A stretch of DNA of 27,958 nt from IMG/VR virus record IMGVR_UViG_3300031974_001917, positions 1 through 27,958 of that record, one strand, 5' to 3'. Each line of letters starts with the position of its first letter. The stretch's first letter is position 1. This document shows, in pieces, positions 24,901-27,958 of the stretch. Both the position numbers and the translations under genes were made by a program. Below the pieces are notes generated by a model, which was not told where the DNA came from, did not search any database, and was given only the letters and a program-made list of their open reading frames with translations. Source of the stretch: a virus. Lineage: Duplodnaviria > Caudoviricetes.

Positions 24901-25115
24901 GGTGTGCCACCCTCGACAGTTTCAACAGTGATGTCTTGAGACTGTGAACCGGCCATTGCCAAAGACAATCCAGTGTATGACTGACTTGGAAGGGCCACAC
25001 CAGCTCTGGAATTCTGTTGTGTGAATGTGGACTGTTCTGGCCAAATGTTATCTTTTGTTATGTTGATGGTTGGAACCAATAGTCCACGCATCTTGTCTGG
25101 TGTTGTGTTTGCCAT
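21924..25115 (-). CDS. Large tail protein with BNR/Asp-box repeats, 1063 aa
   Basis: SSDGGDSW, SRDSGTSF, SKDLGSSW; directly after tape measure gene. Confidence 0.7.
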   Translation of the reverse strand: MANTTPDKMRGLLVPTINITKDNIWPEQSTFTQQNSRAGVALPSQSYTGLSLAMAGSQSQDITVETVEGGTPGEKASFVFSGSDDVKCSQNANNVITDWKYLNFTNTTASYSDYGITASKDGTLYWITELVNSGVYTITVRRQKQNGSIETLDTLLTTTLASSPANTAKPCIAVLKDGSIIVTFFNYTNIDVVNLFVWRSSDGGDSWQEISRRALVDNYIDVSASTGNHLDTANLIVSDDIITLVVGIRSKVTSLGDNKLVQFVSRDSGTSFYALGFYGEEYAFPVGVALPNGQQGFAYLSATDTLSFIKIPNPGIAAATTSYTSEYEVDVSSGVLTFCTASGDTLVDGTLACWYQDETIFIVVRDTTGDLYGFQSKDLGSSWQQTSEGFTSGVAQTIVFQGGSGTDLKNIKAAVWEGRTFLAVNTTSGSTGLSLGGLYLGGWSSVQHPEREQQPDRNQYYGFEYNWIHNQTPDTSSTYSTTGAGSHVIQSEGLRIQTSANTRYYRYTPSVYHDTFYRFKMRVETNSTLTADNILFKVQSTDGSNSFTLRIRFAVGGFRILDHSSTLHTENFDLTSTHEFMVFQDGTKVKVYFREWDEKQAKVWTEVDVTLGTQAPGITTLFEWGHLSIGSFESYWSEMHVSAGGIGEPNAELRGAVYPSYGDYTYIDGGLLLSAKDAPARAGDQYKIEPRYDYPIDHMFHEVALSPRVVWRSVDDASTERIAWYTDPVTKSNEKNLGLNDVVGLHLSNINWKTATLKTWNGSSWSTAVSIDVSTGLSGSFERVGATLVPDNLTKNIYLKYGECVGWRAELVDGENKYIVKIVQNSEGLWTKTSDAKSAVLVFDSELVDPTTLPTSGTINLIPDSVTIVAESFQAAAGAGEVAYAIEIPTQDTLEGYYQIGTMVFGSIYFMAPQYQRGRSINYEPNVQSYTTNDGMYYARKQSEGRRTFQVAWTEPVDSRTIYELNPDFWQFSQASGAMPIANYGDAVFGMLGICQHLSEQKPVVYLPSIPKDTDEDGFFIFNRYYNHAMVRMSGGVTLESVLGEEEQDEMFRLATVTLIEVE

Positions 25116-25116
25116 A

Positions 25117-27024
25117 TCAATATGCCCTTATTCCGGTTTGTTTTGGTTGTCTGAATCCGATTTCTTTGGTGAATCTTCCAAAGTGCTTGAATGGTTGCAC
25201 CACCACCACTTGTTCTTGTGGTGCTGTACCTTGGGATAACTGTTTGACACCTTCTTCACCACCGATTCTGCGAACTGTGGCACGGTCCAAGACTGCTTCA
25301 CCCCTCAGGACTCTGGCTGGCATCTCATCTGGTGCCATACCACCCATATGGAATGTGGCTTGTGGTGGCTGTTGTGCCATGACAACTGCTGTCTGTGCTG
25401 CTCCAGTTCCAATGGCTGTGGCAATCATGGCTGCTCTGGCTACTGGTGGATATGCCAAAGCTTCTGTGACTGCCTTGGCAGTGTTGAAGGCAATTTCACC
25501 AACTGCTGCAGCTTGATTCATTCTGAACAATCCCATGATGGTCTTCTGGTTGGCTCTTCCATTGTCCATGGCAGCTTGTAGAACTGCACTGCTGAATTCA
25601 CTGAAGGCACCAGACAAAGCACTTGAATTGGCCATGTCTGTGTTGAAGATGTCCATCTTCAGTTGCTTTTGTCGCTTGAGATTCTCTTCAGCAATGATTG
25701 CGTTGGCCATCTCCACATTCTTGGCTGTTTCACCCAGTTCTTTGATTCTGGTCATCTCACGTTCAAAAGCTAGTTCATCTTGTTCTGACTTGGTCAAGAA
25801 TGTCGATTCAGACAACTTGGACAGTTCATTGGTGGCATCTTGTTGTTTGTGGAACCGTTCCATGTCCAGTTCAATCAATCTTCTCAGTGCATCTTCTTCT
25901 TCATGTGATGTGTCCACAGTCTCTTTTTTGGCCTTGGTCACCTTCTTGGCAGCTGCAGCTGCTTCTTCATTGGCATCAGACAACTCTTTTTCAAGTGTCA
26001 CCATGTCTGTTGCCAGTTGAACTGCTTCTTCCTGCATCTTCAAAAGGACATCACGTTCTTGAGTTTGTTGGTTCAGTTGTACAGTCAAGATGTTCAAAAG
26101 TTCATACAGTTCTTGTTGTGCTTTTAGATTCTTCCCAGTCAAGTCCACTTTGTTGTCAATGGCATCATTCTGAAGTTGTAACAATTTCAACTCTTCAATC
26201 ATTTCATCTGACAAGATGGCACGTTCACCCATTGCATAAGCAGACAACAGTTCATTGACTGCTTTTGTCTGAAGTTTGGTCTTTTCAATGGTTTGTTCTG
26301 CTGCTTCTATGTTTCCACGGAATGATTCATTGGCAGCTTCTCCAGCCTTCTCCAAATTATATTCATATTCTGTGATTTGACCTGTTAGAAGTGCATATTC
26401 ATTGCGCATATCTCTGAGCTTGCTTGCTGCATCTGTCAAGTTGGCTTCTTGTTCTTGTTGGGTCTGAATCAATGCTTGTTGTGCATCTCGTAGCCTCAAT
26501 GTCAATTGTCGTGCATCTTCAATTTCTTGTTGATATGACATGTAGCCAAGTGTCACAGCACCCACAGCAGCAGCTGCAGCCAACACAATTGGATTCAATG
26601 CAGTAAATGACATGGTCAGTCCTTCAGTCACTGCAAAAGCATCTGCAAGGCCATCAGCAGCTTCAGCCAACTGGGGATTGACACCACGCAATGCAAGACC
26701 AATGGAACTGAACCCACGGTCAATGTCACCACTGGATTCAGCAACACGTTCCATTCTGTCTTCAGCTCTTCTGGCACTGTCTGCCAAGTCATCAAAACTG
26801 TCTGCACCCCTTTTGGCAGCATTGGATGCTTCTTTGGCTGCCTTCTTGGATGCTTCAGCACTCTTTTGGGCTGCCTTTTCAGCTTGCTTCAGTTGCCGGT
26901 CCAAGGCTGCAACCATCTTCTTGGCTTCTTGGTCTGTGATGTTGGGAATGGTCTTCAGCTTAGCAATCAAGTCTTGTAAGTTTGCTTTATAACTGATTTG
27001 AATCGACTTCTTCTCTTCTGCCAT
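25117..27024 (-). CDS. Tape measure protein, 635 aa
   Basis: Ala/Glu/Gln-rich helical protein with hydrophobic stretches; C-terminal FHMGG...DEMPARVLRGEAVL motif. Confidence 0.85.
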   Translation of the reverse strand: MAEEKKSIQISYKANLQDLIAKLKTIPNITDQEAKKMVAALDRQLKQAEKAAQKSAEASKKAAKEASNAAKRGADSFDDLADSARRAEDRMERVAESSGDIDRGFSSIGLALRGVNPQLAEAADGLADAFAVTEGLTMSFTALNPIVLAAAAAVGAVTLGYMSYQQEIEDARQLTLRLRDAQQALIQTQQEQEANLTDAASKLRDMRNEYALLTGQITEYEYNLEKAGEAANESFRGNIEAAEQTIEKTKLQTKAVNELLSAYAMGERAILSDEMIEELKLLQLQNDAIDNKVDLTGKNLKAQQELYELLNILTVQLNQQTQERDVLLKMQEEAVQLATDMVTLEKELSDANEEAAAAAKKVTKAKKETVDTSHEEEDALRRLIELDMERFHKQQDATNELSKLSESTFLTKSEQDELAFEREMTRIKELGETAKNVEMANAIIAEENLKRQKQLKMDIFNTDMANSSALSGAFSEFSSAVLQAAMDNGRANQKTIMGLFRMNQAAAVGEIAFNTAKAVTEALAYPPVARAAMIATAIGTGAAQTAVVMAQQPPQATFHMGGMAPDEMPARVLRGEAVLDRATVRRIGGEEGVKQLSQGTAPQEQVVVVQPFKHFGRFTKEIGFRQPKQTGIRAY

Positions 27025-27027
27025 GGG

Positions 27028-27498
27028 TCACACTCTCTTCATCAAGTCATCTGCCAATGCTTTGACAACTCGATTTGCTGTTTTTCGATGGGGTTTGACC
27101 AGTGTTTCTGTGGCAACTCTCCTTCCCTGCGGTTGGACAATGTCTCTGGACTGGTAGTTCTCTGAATCAATACCATATTTTATCATATAGCTATATGGAG
27201 CTGTATTCTTTAAAAACACGACAAAGTTCCCATTGGCATCCACTTTCATTCCACGTTGGAACTTCTTCCAAGATTCTTTGGATGTTTTACGGAAGAAGAC
27301 AATGTTTCCCTGGTCATCAGTTCTGATTTGTGGTTTCCGCTTTGGCCAGTCTCTGACAGCTTCCTTCTCTATTCTGGCCAACTCTTCTTCCATAATCTTT
27401 CCAGCATTGGGTGCCACAGTATGCAAGAACCCCATGAACATGTCTTGCATATCTTGGTTCACTGTGACTGTGGCATTTCCTCTGGTGTATGACTTCAT
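27028..27498 (-). CDS. HK97 gp10-like tail completion protein, 156 aa
   Basis: Basic; NTAPYSYMIKYG resembles the NxxxYAxxVEYG motif of that family. Confidence 0.55.
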   Translation of the reverse strand: MKSYTRGNATVTVNQDMQDMFMGFLHTVAPNAGKIMEEELARIEKEAVRDWPKRKPQIRTDDQGNIVFFRKTSKESWKKFQRGMKVDANGNFVVFLKNTAPYSYMIKYGIDSENYQSRDIVQPQGRRVATETLVKPHRKTANRVVKALADDLMKRV

Positions 27499-27719
27499 TG
27501 CATTCTCTTGGATATCATTGCTTCCATTCTAGCAGTTTTAATCCGTTCTTGTCGTGTTCTTCTTTCATCTGGTGATTCACAATGAAGTCTGTATTCAGCC
27601 AATACTTTGGTCTTGGTCGGTTGGTCCAATGTGTGGAACCAATCTGGATGTTGGTTCCAACGCATTGCAATCCGCATGGCCATCAAGTCAAAAGAACCGG
27701 ACCGACCTATGAAAAATTT
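27495..27719 (-). CDS. Tail assembly chaperone frameshift extension (gpT-like)
   Basis: Open -1 frame from slippery site to stop at 27495; no evident RBS of its own. Confidence 0.75.
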   Translation of the reverse strand, partial: KFFIGRSGSFDLMAMRIAMRWNQHPDWFHTLDQPTKTKVLAEYRLHCESPDERRTRQERIKTARMEAMISKRMQ

Positions 27720-27958
27720 GCAGTGTCTTCCACATCTTGTTCTGTGGGGATTGTCTTCATCATCTCCACCAAGATGGTTGTTCCTTGTTCATAAATGGAA
27801 CCCGGTGTCATTCCAGCTTCTAACAATCTTTCCATGACCTTGAATCCAAACTGAATGGGGTCTCCACTGTGGACTGGATAGGCTGGAAGACATTTTGAAT
27901 GGTCAACTGCAACAGCAATGGCAGCTGCACACAGTCTTCCAAGTTGTGCTCTGTTGGG
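27703..27958. repeat. Terminal direct repeat, copy 2 (3' part of chaperone gene)
   Basis: 248/256 identical to 1-256. Confidence 0.97.

Noticed and set aside
25070-26992. Long plus-strand ORFs opposite tape measure and other structural genes
   Set aside because: Ser/Ala/Leu-rich antisense shadows expected from codon bias and low TpA; no RBS or motifs
27703-27958. Diverged repeat as a DGR template/variable pair
   Set aside because: Substitutions are not adenine-specific on either strand, are mostly synonymous, and no reverse transcriptase is present
1-27958. Integrase, tRNA genes, introns or stop-codon reassignment
   Set aside because: No recombinase motifs or cloverleaf seen; genes tile densely and intact under the standard code

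Overview
The window is an apparently complete, circularly permuted tailed dsDNA phage genome of about 27.7 kb, probably siphovirus-like. Bases 1-256 recur at 27703-27958 with 8 substitutions. Almost all genes are on the minus strand. An early/replication operon starts at a consensus sigma70 promoter near 18750 and encodes small proteins, two HTH proteins, RusA, a C5 cytosine methyltransferase, a primase-polymerase and a VapE-like helicase. It ends in a non-coding origin-like region with iterons and a dense DnaA-box cluster. Next come a four-gene module of small charged proteins, the packaging and head genes (terS, terL, portal, scaffold, a repeat fibre, capsid), the tail genes (tube, a -1 frameshifted chaperone spanning the contig junction, tape measure, two large tail proteins) and lysis genes (amidase, holin-like). 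I found no integrase, tRNA, CRISPR array or reverse transcriptase. The most notable observations are (1) a methyltransferase whose motif IX region appears to be encoded by a second gene nested out of frame inside it, (2) six DnaA boxes in 65 bp in a phage with its own primase/helicase, (3) an acidic/basic small-protein module beside the putative packaging site, and (4) a compositionally foreign first early gene. All product calls come from motif recognition by eye and synteny; no searches were run.
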